64,000 nucleotides of DNA from an uncultured Gammaproteobacteria bacterium (GCA_964482695.1 CAYZYP010000001.1:4143-68142), one strand, 5' to 3'. Numbered from the stretch's first letter, positions 37,160 to 46,967 are shown. Program-made: numbers and translations. The notes: generated by a model not told the origin, from the letters alone.

Positions 37160-37267
37160 TAGTCTAAGTTATATACTGATTTTTTGTTGTCAATGGAAAC
37201 CCTCGGGAGGGCGACTGAGCGGAGCGAAGGAGTTTTGACAACAGAAAATCAGTATATAACTTAGACT
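37160..37267. repeat. Long hairpin/MITE-like: 34-bp inverted repeat (tagtctaagttatatactgattttttgttgtcaa) with 1 mismatch around a 41-nt GC-rich core
   Basis: Arms 37160-37193 and 37235-37267 reverse complementary; lies between rpmE stop and prfA start. Confidence 0.6.
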
Positions 37268-37333
37268 GAACTATATTATACCATAAATAAAAACAGACCC
37301 AAGATAATTGTAGTCTGTTTTATCATAAATTAC

Positions 37334-37636
37334 CTAAGCTTTCTTTTTTTCTTGACCAGTTTTTTCCGCTGCCTTTTTAGCCTGGGCTGTCGCTTTTTTA
37401 ACTTTTTTACCTTTACGTTTAAGCGCTGATTCGGTTTGTTTTTCCGCGCGGGCTTCAAATTTTTCTACTCTACGGGCAGTATCAACAAATTTTTGTTTGC
37501 CAGTATAAAATGGATGGCATTTATTACAAAGTTCCACGCGAATTTCTTTTAGCGTACTGCCAGTAGTAAAAGCATTGCCACAAGCGCAGGTTACTTGGCA
37601 ATCAGTATGGTATTTAGGATGAACGTCTTTTTTCAT
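37334..37636 (-). CDS. rpmE: 50S ribosomal protein L31 with K/A-rich C-terminal extension
   Basis: [25 protein letters not shown]...[13 protein letters not shown]. Confidence 0.85.
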   Translation of the reverse strand: MKKDVHPKYHTDCQVTCACGNAFTTGSTLKEIRVELCNKCHPFYTGKQKFVDTARRVEKFEARAEKQTESALKRKGKKVKKATAQAKKAAEKTGQEKKKA

Positions 37637-37720
37637 AGTTTATTAGTTTTGTTTTAAGTGTGCATATAATAGCAATAAACTCTATTAAAGTCAACTATTG
37701 TTTTATCCCCATTAATATCG

Positions 37721-37749
37721 CTTGACTAAAACTGTTGTTTTAGCTATAA
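37721..37749 (+). promoter_or_regulatory. Consensus sigma70 promoter TTGACT-17-TATAAT for rpsB-tsf
   Basis: ttgact aaaactgttgttttagc tataat. Confidence 0.55.
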
Positions 37750-37764
37750 TTTAAGCCATAATTT

Positions 37765-37900
37765 TAATCACTCACCCGCCTTCGCCCCAAAGGGGCTCCG
37801 GCGGGCAAGTCAACTGGCTTGCCTGCTTAAAATATTTTCCTCCTCTAAACACTTAGAGGTAGCGGCGGGGAGGTATCCCATTTGGGATTAATTAAGGAAA
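37765..37900 (+). promoter_or_regulatory. GC-rich structured 5' leader of rpsB (candidate S2 autoregulatory leader)
   Basis: cacccgccttcgccccaaaggggctccggcgggcaagtc...ggtagcggcggggaggtatccca: multiple complementary GC segments in otherwise AT-rich DNA. Confidence 0.4.
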
Positions 37901-37906
37901 AAAAAT

Positions 37907-38683
37907 ATGGTCAAGTTACCTACACTTGTCGAGATGCTAAAAGCTGGCGTGCATTTTGGGCACCAGAAGTCGCGTTGGCATCCAAAAATGGAAAAGTTTA
38001 TTTTTACCACGCGCAATAACGTGCATATTATTGATTTAGAAAAAACCTCAGAAGAATTGAACAAAGCTTTGGATTATGTAAAAAATTTAACAAGTAGCGG
38101 CAAAGTAATATTATTTGTCGGTACTAAACACCAAGCCAAAGAATTGATTAAAAACGCCGCGACAAGTTGCGGGGCGCCATATGTAACCGAAAGATGGATT
38201 GGTGGATTGCTCACTAATTTCAACGAAGTTAAAAGACGTCTTAAAAAATATCGTGAATTAAAAGAACAAGTAGCGACAGGCGAGATAGAAAAGTATACTA
38301 AAAAAGAACAAAGCGAATTAAAAAAGAAATTAGAAAAAATGGAAAGGTATTTATCTGGTTTAATAGATCTTAAAGCCATGCCAGATGCTTTGTATATCGC
38401 AGATATGCGGGTAGACAAGACAGCTTTGAGCGAAGCTGCGCGCAAGAAAGTGCCTGTAGTGGCTGTTAGCGACAGTAACACCAATCCAGAAAAAGTTACT
38501 CGCGCTATTCCAGCCAACGACGATGCTGTTAATTCTATAAAAATTATAGTTGATTTAATAGCCGAAGCGGTAAAAGAAGGAAAATTAGAACTAGAGAAAA
38601 AACAGTTAGAAGTTTCTGTTGCCAAAAAGCCGGAAGTAGTTAGAAAAGAACGCAAGGCGCAAAAGAAAGAAGAATCTTTGTAG
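37907..38683 (+). CDS. rpsB: 30S ribosomal protein S2
   Basis: LKAGVHFGHQKSRWHPKM. Confidence 0.9.
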   Translation: MVKLPTLVEMLKAGVHFGHQKSRWHPKMEKFIFTTRNNVHIIDLEKTSEELNKALDYVKNLTSSGKVILFVGTKHQAKELIKNAATSCGAPYVTERWIGGLLTNFNEVKRRLKKYRELKEQVATGEIEKYTKKEQSELKKKLEKMERYLSGLIDLKAMPDALYIADMRVDKTALSEAARKKVPVVAVSDSNTNPEKVTRAIPANDDAVNSIKIIVDLIAEAVKEGKLELEKKQLEVSVAKKPEVVRKERKAQKKEESL

Positions 38684-38729
38684 AAACAAGCTGGTTTCTC
38701 GTATAGGTTTAAAATTAATTTAATCTATT

Positions 38730-39599
38730 ATGATTATCTCCACTCAAGATATTTCTCAATTGCGCGCGACAACTGGCGCTGGCATGATGGATTGTAAAAA
38801 AGCTTTAGAAGAAGCAAATGGCGACAAAGAAAAGGCCGCAGAAATTTTGCGCAAGAAAGGTATTGTTAAAGCCGCTAAAAGAGCCGACAAAACAGCTGCC
38901 GAAGGTTTGGTACAAATTAAGGTTCAGGGTAAAACAGCAGTAATGGTAGAAGTAAATTCTGAAACCGATTTTGTTGCCAAGAATGATGATTTCAAAATGT
39001 TGATTGAAAAAATAATGGATAGTTTGTTAGAAAATAAACCGGCAAACTTGGAGCAGGCTTTGAATGTCGAAGCCAATGGCAATAAAAAAACTCAAGATCT
39101 ATTAACCGAACTAACCGGGAAGATTGGTGAAAAATTATCTTTCCGCCGTTTTGTTGTTTTAGAAAAGAATGATAACGAGGTTTTTGGCTCGTATACTCAT
39201 ATGGGCGGTAAAATCGGCGTTTTGATTTTACTTGTCGGTGGTACAGAAGAATTAGCGCGCGATATTGCCATGCACGCGGCAGCAGCTAACCCAAAATATT
39301 TAGATAGATCACAAATAGCTAACGATGTGCTAGAAAAAGAAAAAGAAATTTATAGCGAACAATTAAAAGTTCAGAATAAGCCGGCTAATATTATAGAAAA
39401 TATTTTAAAAGGCAAGTTAGAAAAATTTTACGAAGAGGTTTGCTTGCTTGATCAGGTATACATTAAAGATGATAGTAAAAAAGTTGGACAAATGTTGGGT
39501 GGCGACGTGAAAATAAAACAGTTTATACGTTATGAATTGGGAGAAGGGATAGAAAAGAAAAGTAGCGATTTCGCGGCCGAAGTAAACGCGCAGTTATAG
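38730..39599 (+). CDS. tsf: Elongation factor Ts
   Basis: ISQLRATTGAGMMDCKKALEEANGD UBA-like N-terminus. Confidence 0.9.
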   Translation: MIISTQDISQLRATTGAGMMDCKKALEEANGDKEKAAEILRKKGIVKAAKRADKTAAEGLVQIKVQGKTAVMVEVNSETDFVAKNDDFKMLIEKIMDSLLENKPANLEQALNVEANGNKKTQDLLTELTGKIGEKLSFRRFVVLEKNDNEVFGSYTHMGGKIGVLILLVGGTEELARDIAMHAAAANPKYLDRSQIANDVLEKEKEIYSEQLKVQNKPANIIENILKGKLEKFYEEVCLLDQVYIKDDSKKVGQMLGGDVKIKQFIRYELGEGIEKKSSDFAAEVNAQL

Positions 39600-39693
39600 G
39601 TAAAAAATGCTTTGTTAGTGTTAAACTAAAACACTCTGACTAAAGTTGGGGTGTTTTAATTTTGATGGATGTTTGGTATAATAGTAACGTTTT

Positions 39694-40965
39694 ATGCGTA
39701 TTGTAGATAAAATTTTAAGTGATCGTTTTTTTAAAAACAGTGCTATTTATTTTACCGGGACAGTAGCAGTTGGCTTTTTGAATTATTTATTTCACCCAAT
39801 ACTTAGCAGATTAATGGGAGTGGAAGATTTTGGCGATGTACAAGCCTTTTTATCGTTTTTTGTTTTAGTAGGACCTTTGGTAGCGGTTTTTGGCAGTATT
39901 TGTGTTAATATTACGGCCCACAGCGGAGACGAGAAAGAAAAGATAATAATTATTTCCCATTTAAGAAAAATAGCCTTTTACGTGGCCGCGGCTGTTTTTT
40001 TGTTTTTGCTAGCCAGCAGTTATTTTTTAAAAGGATTTTTTAATTTTTCTTCTCTGTCTTCTTTTATTTTGTTATTAGTTTCTCCATTACTTGTGGTTTC
40101 TATTACCATGAGGAATGCTTTCTTGCAGGGTACGCGCAATTTTAAGTCATTGGCGTATAATGGAATAATAGCTTCAATTAGCCGTTTGGTTTTTTCGGTT
40201 TTGTTTGTCGTTATTGGTTGGCACGTTTTTGGAGCGGTCTGCGGCATGTTGATGGCACAATTGGTTACTTTGGGATATTTGTTTTGGAAAACAAAAGATA
40301 AATTAACTTTTGTTCCGGTGTTAGGTCCGTTATTTACAAAAAAAATTTATGGCGAGTTGGGGTATGGTTTATTGGTGTTGGTTGTTTCTTTAACCGCGAC
40401 TTTTCTTTATAGCGCCGATGTTTTGGTTGTCAAACATTATTTTTCCGCGACTCAAGCCGGGTTATATAGCGGCATAGCCATAGTAGGCAGGGTTATTTTT
40501 TTTCTCAGCGCTTCTGTCGGAGCGGTTTTGTTTCCTTCTATAACCAAAGATAATACGGTAGCGGAAAATAATAAATTACTGTTTAAGGCTTTGTTTATTG
40601 TTTTTTTGCTTGGTGGCAGCGCCTGTTTATTTTTTGTTTTATTTCCCAGCTGGCTGGTTCACTTACTGATAGGCTCAAGATATTTAGATTATGTTTATTT
40701 ATTGCCTAGATTAGGGCTTTTGTCGTTTTTGGCGGCAATAGCGCAGATTTTGTTTTTTTACTATCTAGCTCTGCGGCAAAAATTTATATTATTTCCGGCA
40801 ATTATCGGCGTAACGATAGATGTGTTGCTTTCATATTTTAATCATGCTAATCTATACGCGATAGTGAATAATTTTATCTTTGGCAGTTTAACTGTGATAA
40901 TACTTTTGATTATTCCACGGCTGTATGTATATTTTAAACCAAAAACATGGCAGAAAATAAATTAA
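39694..40965 (+). CDS. Polysaccharide/oligosaccharide flippase (MOP/Wzx-like)
   Basis: ~12-14 TM protein, first gene of glycan locus. Confidence 0.55.
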   Translation: MRIVDKILSDRFFKNSAIYFTGTVAVGFLNYLFHPILSRLMGVEDFGDVQAFLSFFVLVGPLVAVFGSICVNITAHSGDEKEKIIIISHLRKIAFYVAAAVFLFLLASSYFLKGFFNFSSLSSFILLLVSPLLVVSITMRNAFLQGTRNFKSLAYNGIIASISRLVFSVLFVVIGWHVFGAVCGMLMAQLVTLGYLFWKTKDKLTFVPVLGPLFTKKIYGELGYGLLVLVVSLTATFLYSADVLVVKHYFSATQAGLYSGIAIVGRVIFFLSASVGAVLFPSITKDNTVAENNKLLFKALFIVFLLGGSACLFFVLFPSWLVHLLIGSRYLDYVYLLPRLGLLSFLAAIAQILFFYYLALRQKFILFPAIIGVTIDVLLSYFNHANLYAIVNNFIFGSLTVIILLIIPRLYVYFKPKTWQKIN

Positions 40966-41888
40966 TATCCATTATTGTTCCGGTTTATAATGAAGAGGAA
41001 AATATACCTCTGCTTTACGATGAGTTAAAGCAAGAATTGGCTAAATTAAACTACAATCACGAATTGATTTTTGTTGACGACGGTAGTACTGACAAAACAA
41101 AAGAAATTATCAACAAATTAATTGACAGTGACCAAAATATTAAATTAATAGAGTTTACCAGAAATTTTGGCAAAGAAGCGGCCACTACCGCCGGTATTAA
41201 TATGTGTAATGGCGATGCTTGTATAATATTAGACGCGGATTTACAACATCCAATAAAATATATTCCAGAATTTATCAAAAAGTGGGAAACAGGCGATGAA
41301 GTGGTAATAGGCGTCAAAAGCAAAGAAAACGAAAGAAGTTTTTTTAGACGAGCCTGTTCGTCATTATTTTATTGGCTGATGAACAGTATATCTAGTACGC
41401 CAATCATACCTCATTCTACTGATTTTAGATTGTTAGATAGAATAGTAATAGACGAATTTAATAAATTAACCGAACGTAACAGAATGACTAGGGGGTTAGT
41501 GGCTTGGCTTGGTTTTAAAAGAAGCCACATTACTTTTATTGTTGGCGAAAGACACGCTGGCAAAGTGAAATATAGTTATCCCAAGTTATTTAAATTGGCG
41601 ATGCATACTTTTGTCGGACATAGTTTATTGCCTTTAAAATTAGCCGGTTATTTGGGCATATTTATTACTTTTTCTTCTGGCTCATTAGGTTTTTTCATTT
41701 TAATTGAAAGGTATATTTTAAACGATCCTTGGAATTTGGGTTTTTCCGGCCCTGCTATTTTGGCCATAATAATCTTGTTTTTAGTAGGTATAATTTTGAT
41801 TTGTCTTGGTTTGATAGCTTTGTACGTCGGCAATATTCATGGCGAGGTAAGGGGCAGGCCGTTGTATGTGATTAGAAGGAAATTGTAA
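40947..41888 (+). CDS. GT2 polyprenyl-phosphate glycosyltransferase (ArnC/Dpm1-like) with C-terminal TM pair
   Basis: ISIIVPVYNEEENI...IFVDDGSTDKT...ILDADLQHP. Confidence 0.7.
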   Translation: MAENKLISIIVPVYNEEENIPLLYDELKQELAKLNYNHELIFVDDGSTDKTKEIINKLIDSDQNIKLIEFTRNFGKEAATTAGINMCNGDACIILDADLQHPIKYIPEFIKKWETGDEVVIGVKSKENERSFFRRACSSLFYWLMNSISSTPIIPHSTDFRLLDRIVIDEFNKLTERNRMTRGLVAWLGFKRSHITFIVGERHAGKVKYSYPKLFKLAMHTFVGHSLLPLKLAGYLGIFITFSSGSLGFFILIERYILNDPWNLGFSGPAILAIIILFLVGIILICLGLIALYVGNIHGEVRGRPLYVIRRKL

Positions 41889-41938
41889 TTTTCGTATTTC
41901 GTATCCTATTGATTTTATAACTAATATATTAGCATTAT

Positions 41939-42877
41939 ATGTCAAAACGCATTCTTGTCACAGGCGGCGCCGGGTTTATTGGTTCTCATTTATGTAAAAG
42001 GCTTTTGCGTGATGGCCATGAAGTTTTGTGTTTGGATAATTTTTTTACTGGCTCCAAAGATAATGTGATGGAGCTGTTGGACAACAAATACTTTGAGATT
42101 ATCCGCCACGATGTCACCCAGCCAATTTTGTTAGAAGTGGACGAGATTTATCATTTGGCTTGTCCGGCTTCGCCTATACACTATCAGTATAATCCGGTGA
42201 AAACTATCAAAACCAATATCATGGGGACTCTTAATATATTAGGATTGGCCAAAAGAGTGGGCGCTAAATTTTTGTTTACGTCTACTTCCGAGGTCTATGG
42301 TGATCCAAAAGAGCACCCGCAAAAAGAAACGTATAACGGCAATGTTAATTGCGTTGGCACGCGTTCGTGTTATGACGAAGGTAAGCGTTGCGCGGAAGCG
42401 CTATGCATAGATTACCATCGGATGAACAAAGTTGATATCCGTATTGTGCGTATTTTTAATACCTATGGGCCGAATATGCACGCCAGTGATGGCAGGGTGG
42501 TGTCTAATTTTATTGTTCAGGCTTTGCAGAATAAAGATATTACTATTTATGGTGATGGCTCGCAGACAAGATCTTTTCAATATGTGGACGATTTAGTAAA
42601 TGGTTTGATTTTAATGATGAATAACCCCTCTGGCTTTATTGGGCCGGTGAATATTGGTAATCCACATGAATTTACAATAAAGGAATTAGCGGAAAAAGTT
42701 TTAAAATTTATTCCTAAAAGTAAAAGCAAACTTGTTTTTCAACCATTGCCAGCCGATGATCCAAAACAAAGAAAACCAGATATATCTTTGGCTAAAAAAG
42801 AACTGGGTTGGGAGCCGGAAGTTGATTTAGTGGATGGGTTGAAAAAGACGATTGGGTATTTTAGAAAGAAGTTATAA
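41939..42877 (+). CDS. UDP-glucuronate decarboxylase (UDP-xylose synthase)-like short-chain dehydratase
   Basis: [39 protein letters not shown] closely parallels the UXS N-terminus. Confidence 0.7.
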   Translation: MSKRILVTGGAGFIGSHLCKRLLRDGHEVLCLDNFFTGSKDNVMELLDNKYFEIIRHDVTQPILLEVDEIYHLACPASPIHYQYNPVKTIKTNIMGTLNILGLAKRVGAKFLFTSTSEVYGDPKEHPQKETYNGNVNCVGTRSCYDEGKRCAEALCIDYHRMNKVDIRIVRIFNTYGPNMHASDGRVVSNFIVQALQNKDITIYGDGSQTRSFQYVDDLVNGLILMMNNPSGFIGPVNIGNPHEFTIKELAEKVLKFIPKSKSKLVFQPLPADDPKQRKPDISLAKKELGWEPEVDLVDGLKKTIGYFRKKL

Positions 42878-42908
42878 ACGCGGTAATATTTAAAGTTTAC
42901 TTAAATTA

Positions 42909-42982
42909 TACGCCTTGCGCCAGCGGAAAATACTTTTGAATCGCGGGCTATCGCCCGCGCTCAAAAAGTATTTTCCGCTGGC
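42909..42982. repeat. Palindromic intergenic repeat, family P1 copy 2
   Basis: Matches 841-919 over ~70 bp with nested inverted repeats. Confidence 0.7.
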
Positions 42983-43018
42983 GTGGCGCGTGAATAATAT
43001 TAGTTTGTTAATAAAGTT

Positions 43019-43996
43019 ATGTTACGTTACAGTTTTATTATCCCGGTCAAAGAAATAAATGATTATATCAGAGAATCAGTGAAAAAGATTTTAGAGATAG
43101 AGCGTGATGATTATGAAATTATTATTTATCCCGATAAGATAAATAGTGAAATATGGAAAAAAACCAGGCAAATTGCTAGTGGCTTTGGCGGGCCGGCGAT
43201 GAAAAGGAGCTTGGCTTTGAAAGACGCCTTGGGAGAGATTTTAATTTTTATTGATGATGATGCTTTTCCGGAAAATAATTTTTTAGAGACGCTGGAAAAA
43301 GATTTTGTAGCTAGCCAAGTGGCGGCTGTTGGCGGGCCGGCGATTACGCCGAAAACTGACAATTTTTGGCAAAAAGTATCTGGGGCGGTATTTTTAAGTT
43401 CTTTGTCTGGTGGTTATCCGGAAAGGTACGTGCAAGTAGGCGACAAAAAATTTGTTGATGATTGGCCTAGTGTAAATTTATCAATTCGCAAAGATGTTTT
43501 TAGAGAGTTAGGCGGTTTTGATTGTAATTATTGGCCGGGTGAGGATACTAAATTGTGTTTGGATATAGTTGATAAATTACAGAAAAAGATTTTATACGAT
43601 CCTGGTTTGATTGTTTATCATCACAGAAGGCGGGGGCTGTTGAGGCATTTAAAACAAGTTGGGGGTTATGGCATACATCGTGGCTTTTTTGCCAAAAAAT
43701 TTCCTGGAAACTCGTTAAAATTTAAATATTTTCTTCCTAGCGCCTTTCTATTGTTTGTTATTATTGGAATAGGAGCAAGTTTTTTTTCATCGTTGCTGTT
43801 TAAAATATATTTATTAGGTTGGGTAATTTATTCTCTAGCTTTAACAAAAGCTTTTGTTGATATCAAAAAATACGAAAAAAACAATTTAGTAGTTTTAAAT
43901 TCATTATATTATATTTTTTTTACTCACCTTATTTACGGATTTAGATTCTTGCAAGGTTTTATTTTTACCAAGGAATTAAAAAGTAAATATAGGTAG
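43019..43996 (+). CDS. GT2 glycosyltransferase with C-terminal TM segments
   Basis: FIIPVKEIN..., DDD motif region IFIDDDAF. Confidence 0.6.
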   Translation: MLRYSFIIPVKEINDYIRESVKKILEIERDDYEIIIYPDKINSEIWKKTRQIASGFGGPAMKRSLALKDALGEILIFIDDDAFPENNFLETLEKDFVASQVAAVGGPAITPKTDNFWQKVSGAVFLSSLSGGYPERYVQVGDKKFVDDWPSVNLSIRKDVFRELGGFDCNYWPGEDTKLCLDIVDKLQKKILYDPGLIVYHHRRRGLLRHLKQVGGYGIHRGFFAKKFPGNSLKFKYFLPSAFLLFVIIGIGASFFSSLLFKIYLLGWVIYSLALTKAFVDIKKYEKNNLVVLNSLYYIFFTHLIYGFRFLQGFIFTKELKSKYR

Positions 43997-44002
43997 TTTA
44001 AT

Positions 44003-45508
44003 ATGAAAATTTCTATCTCGTACCCACCACTAGAATCAGAAAAGGGAGTACCACTACTTTCTCAAAATCGTCAATTTCAATGGTTTAACAGTCCAACTTA
44101 TATTTATCCCATGATTCCGGCTAGCGCCGCCTCGCTTCTTAAACAAAATGGTTATGAGGTTTTTTGGGATGATGGAATTGCGGAAGGGTTAACTTATGAT
44201 GAATGGTTAAAAAGAATTATTAAAGAACAGCCAGATGTGGTAGTAATTGAAACAAAAACGCCAGTTGTTAAAAGGCATTGGCAGATTATTGATGAATTGA
44301 AGCAGAAAAGTTTAGAGATTAAAGACTGGAAATTAAAGGTTGTTTTAATGGGGGATCATGCTACGGCTATACCCGAAGAATCAATGAAAAATTGCCAGTC
44401 AGATTTTGTGATTCAAGGCGGTGATTATGATTTTATTTTGTTAAATATAGTAAACTATTTAAGCGGTAAAGAAGATTTGCGTGGTGGGGTTTGGTTTCGC
44501 GAGACCCCCCCATCTCCCCCCCTTATCAAGGGGGGGATAAAGGAGGGGTATAGATGTAAAGGTCCTTATGATCTACATAACCATTCTTTAGACGAGCTGC
44601 CAATGATTGATCGCGAGCTAACCAAATGGCAGTTATACGCTTTTAAAAATGGTAATTTTAAATATACGCCCGGTTCGTATATGATGAGCGCCAGAGATTG
44701 TTGGTGGGGAAAATGTTCATTTTGCTCTTGGACAACTCTTTTTCCAGGAGGCAATTGGCGTACGCGCTCGGCTAAAAAAGCCCTAGACGAAGTTGGGCTT
44801 TTGATTGGTCTAGGCGTTAAAGAAATTATGGAAGATAGTGGTAGTTTGCCTATTGGCGAGTGGCTAAAGGAATTTTGCCAAGGTATGATTGAAAGGGGAT
44901 ATAACAAAAAAGTGGTGATGAGTTGCAACATGCGGATAAACGGAATTAAGGATATTGAAATATGGAAATTAATGAAAAAAGCCGGATTTAGATTTGTTTT
45001 GTTTGGGTTGGAATCAGCAAACCAAAAAACTTTGGATAGGATAAATAAAAATTTAAAAGTAGAAGAGATTGAACCAGGACTTAAAATGTGCAAAGAGGCT
45101 GGTTTAGAGCCTCACATAACAGCTATGATTGGCTACCCATGGGAAAGCAAACAAGATGCCAAAAGAACCGTAGATTTGGCCAGAGATTTATTTAAAAAAG
45201 GTTATGTTGATACCCTGCAGGCAACTATTGTTATACCATACCCCGGTACGCCTTTGTATAAAGAATGTTTAGAAAATGGTTGGTTAAATTTTACTGATTA
45301 CGACCGTTTTGATCAACGCGAACAGGTGATGAAGTCGGAATTAACCACCGCGGATGTCAAAGAACTAACACAGGGGTTGTACAAATCTTTTATTACCCCC
45401 AAGTTTATTTTGCGAAAAATAATTGGCATTAAAAGCTGGAATGATGTAAAATTCTTATGGCGAGCCGGGTGGAAGGTCTTGGGACATTTGGGGGATTTTG
45501 GGAAATAA
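44003..45508 (+). CDS. B12-binding domain / radical SAM domain protein (putative sugar-modifying class B radical SAM enzyme)
   Basis: N-terminal cobalamin-binding-like Rossmann segment; Cys cluster CWWGKCSFC (Cx4Cx2C); C-terminal TIM-barrel-like region. Confidence 0.5.
   Translation: MKISISYPPLESEKGVPLLSQNRQFQWFNSPTYIYPMIPASAASLLKQNGYEVFWDDGIAEGLTYDEWLKRIIKEQPDVVVIETKTPVVKRHWQIIDELKQKSLEIKDWKLKVVLMGDHATAIPEESMKNCQSDFVIQGGDYDFILLNIVNYLSGKEDLRGGVWFRETPPSPPLIKGGIKEGYRCKGPYDLHNHSLDELPMIDRELTKWQLYAFKNGNFKYTPGSYMMSARDCWWGKCSFCSWTTLFPGGNWRTRSAKKALDEVGLLIGLGVKEIMEDSGSLPIGEWLKEFCQGMIERGYNKKVVMSCNMRINGIKDIEIWKLMKKAGFRFVLFGLESANQKTLDRINKNLKVEEIEPGLKMCKEAGLEPHITAMIGYPWESKQDAKRTVDLARDLFKKGYVDTLQATIVIPYPGTPLYKECLENGWLNFTDYDRFDQREQVMKSELTTADVKELTQGLYKSFITPKFILRKIIGIKSWNDVKFLWRAGWKVLGHLGDFGK
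44503..44549. repeat. In-frame GC-rich palindromic insert with C7/C7/G7 homopolymer runs inside the radical SAM gene
   Basis: gagaccccccc atct ccccccc ttatcaa ggggggg ataaaggagggg read directly; translated RETPPSPPLIKGGIKEG. Confidence 0.6.
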
Positions 45509-45527
45509 TCAATACAATTTGCGGTAC

Positions 45528-45556
45528 TTGACATGCGATTAGTTTTAAGGTATAAT
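45528..45556 (+). promoter_or_regulatory. Perfect consensus sigma70 promoter TTGACA-17-TATAAT upstream of abiEi
   Basis: ttgaca tgcgattagttttaagg tataat. Confidence 0.6.
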
Positions 45557-45585
45557 TTCAATAGATTATTAAATTTAATAATTAA

Positions 45586-46206
45586 ATGAAATATCAAGAT
45601 TTTAAAAAAATCATAAATAAGCCATATTTTAGCACTTTGGATATTGTTCTCAAAGATATTAATGTATATAATTATCAATTGTCGTTGTGGCAAAAAAAGG
45701 GCTATCTTGGACACTTAAAAAGAGGACTCTATTTTTTTACTGAACAAGAAAATTTGTTTTCAATTCAAGAAATTTCTTTTTTATTGTACGATCCAAGTTA
45801 TATAAGCATGGAATCGGCGTTGAGTTATTATGGAATTATTCCTGAAATGGTGTACGCGCAAACAGCTATTTCAACAAAGACGACTCGAAAATTTTCCAAT
45901 AAATTTGGTCATTTTATATATCGCCACATTAATCCGAGATTATTTTTTGGTTACAACCCGGTTGAACTTTCGTTTGGTAAATATTTGATGGCAGATCCTG
46001 AAAAAGCGTTGCTGGATTACCTGTATCTAAATTTAGGAAAGATTAACGATGAAAATGATATAGTAGAATTAAGAATAAATTGTTTGGAATTAAAGAAAAT
46101 TATTAATATAAAGAAAATTAACGCGTATCTAAGAGAATTTAATATGCGTAAGTTAGAAAGAACAGTTAATAAATTGTTTGAGATATGCTCACATTTGGAC
46201 AATTAA
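45586..46206 (+). CDS. abiEi: AbiEi-family antitoxin/transcriptional regulator (type IV TA / abortive infection)
   Basis: LSLWQKKGYLGHLKRGLYFF and SMESALSYYGIIPE...ADPEKALLDYL resemble AbiEi N- and C-terminal domains. Confidence 0.65.
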   Translation: MKYQDFKKIINKPYFSTLDIVLKDINVYNYQLSLWQKKGYLGHLKRGLYFFTEQENLFSIQEISFLLYDPSYISMESALSYYGIIPEMVYAQTAISTKTTRKFSNKFGHFIYRHINPRLFFGYNPVELSFGKYLMADPEKALLDYLYLNLGKINDENDIVELRINCLELKKIINIKKINAYLREFNMRKLERTVNKLFEICSHLDN

Positions 46207-46967
46207 AAAGATATTATCCAGACAGCGTAAATATTCCGTCAAAAAATTTATTGGTGGAATATTTGCAATATGAAATTCTTGATTCATTGTATAAACAAAA
46301 AGAAAGCGCGTATTTGAGCTTTATTGGTGGAACCGCGATTCGTATCGTGTATGGAGGTAATCGTTTTTCCGAAGATTTGGATTTTGATAATTTTGGTTTA
46401 TCTTTTGCTGATTTTCAACATTTGATGGATAAAATTGTGGAAGACATGAAAATCAAGGGTTTTTTAATGGACGCGCGCTTAGTGCAAAAAGGCGCGTATC
46501 ATTGTTATATTCGTTTTCCACATATTCTGCAAGCCGCTAATTTGAGCGATATAAAAGGGGAAAAAATATTGGTAAGGGTAGATGCTACGTGGAAAGAAAA
46601 AATATTAGAGCCTGTTTTTTATACGCTAAATAGGTTTGATATTTATCGCAATATACTTGTAAATCCGGAAAATATAATTCTTTCTCAAAAAATGATGGCG
46701 ATACTTGGTCGTAAAAGAGAAAAAGGGCGAGATTTTTTTGATGTCAGCTATTTGTACGGGATGACAAAACCAGACTTTTCATATATTGAAAAGATTATGG
46801 GTATTTCTAGAGAGGAATTTGTTGCTAACTTGCTCGCGAAATGCGACGCGTTGGATTTTAAATCTCTCGCGAAAGATGTTGAACCATTTTTAATGAACCC
46901 AGAACAAATTAGCAGGGTATTGGGTTTTAGAGAATTTATTTACGAAATGAGTAAGAGAGGTATTTAA
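46185..46967 (+). CDS. abiEii: AbiEii/AbiGii-family nucleotidyltransferase toxin
   Basis: LSFIGGTAIRIVYGGNRFSEDLDFD matches AbiEii NTase motif; 22-nt overlap with abiEi. Confidence 0.7.
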   Translation: MLTFGQLKRYYPDSVNIPSKNLLVEYLQYEILDSLYKQKESAYLSFIGGTAIRIVYGGNRFSEDLDFDNFGLSFADFQHLMDKIVEDMKIKGFLMDARLVQKGAYHCYIRFPHILQAANLSDIKGEKILVRVDATWKEKILEPVFYTLNRFDIYRNILVNPENIILSQKMMAILGRKREKGRDFFDVSYLYGMTKPDFSYIEKIMGISREEFVANLLAKCDALDFKSLAKDVEPFLMNPEQISRVLGFREFIYEMSKRGI

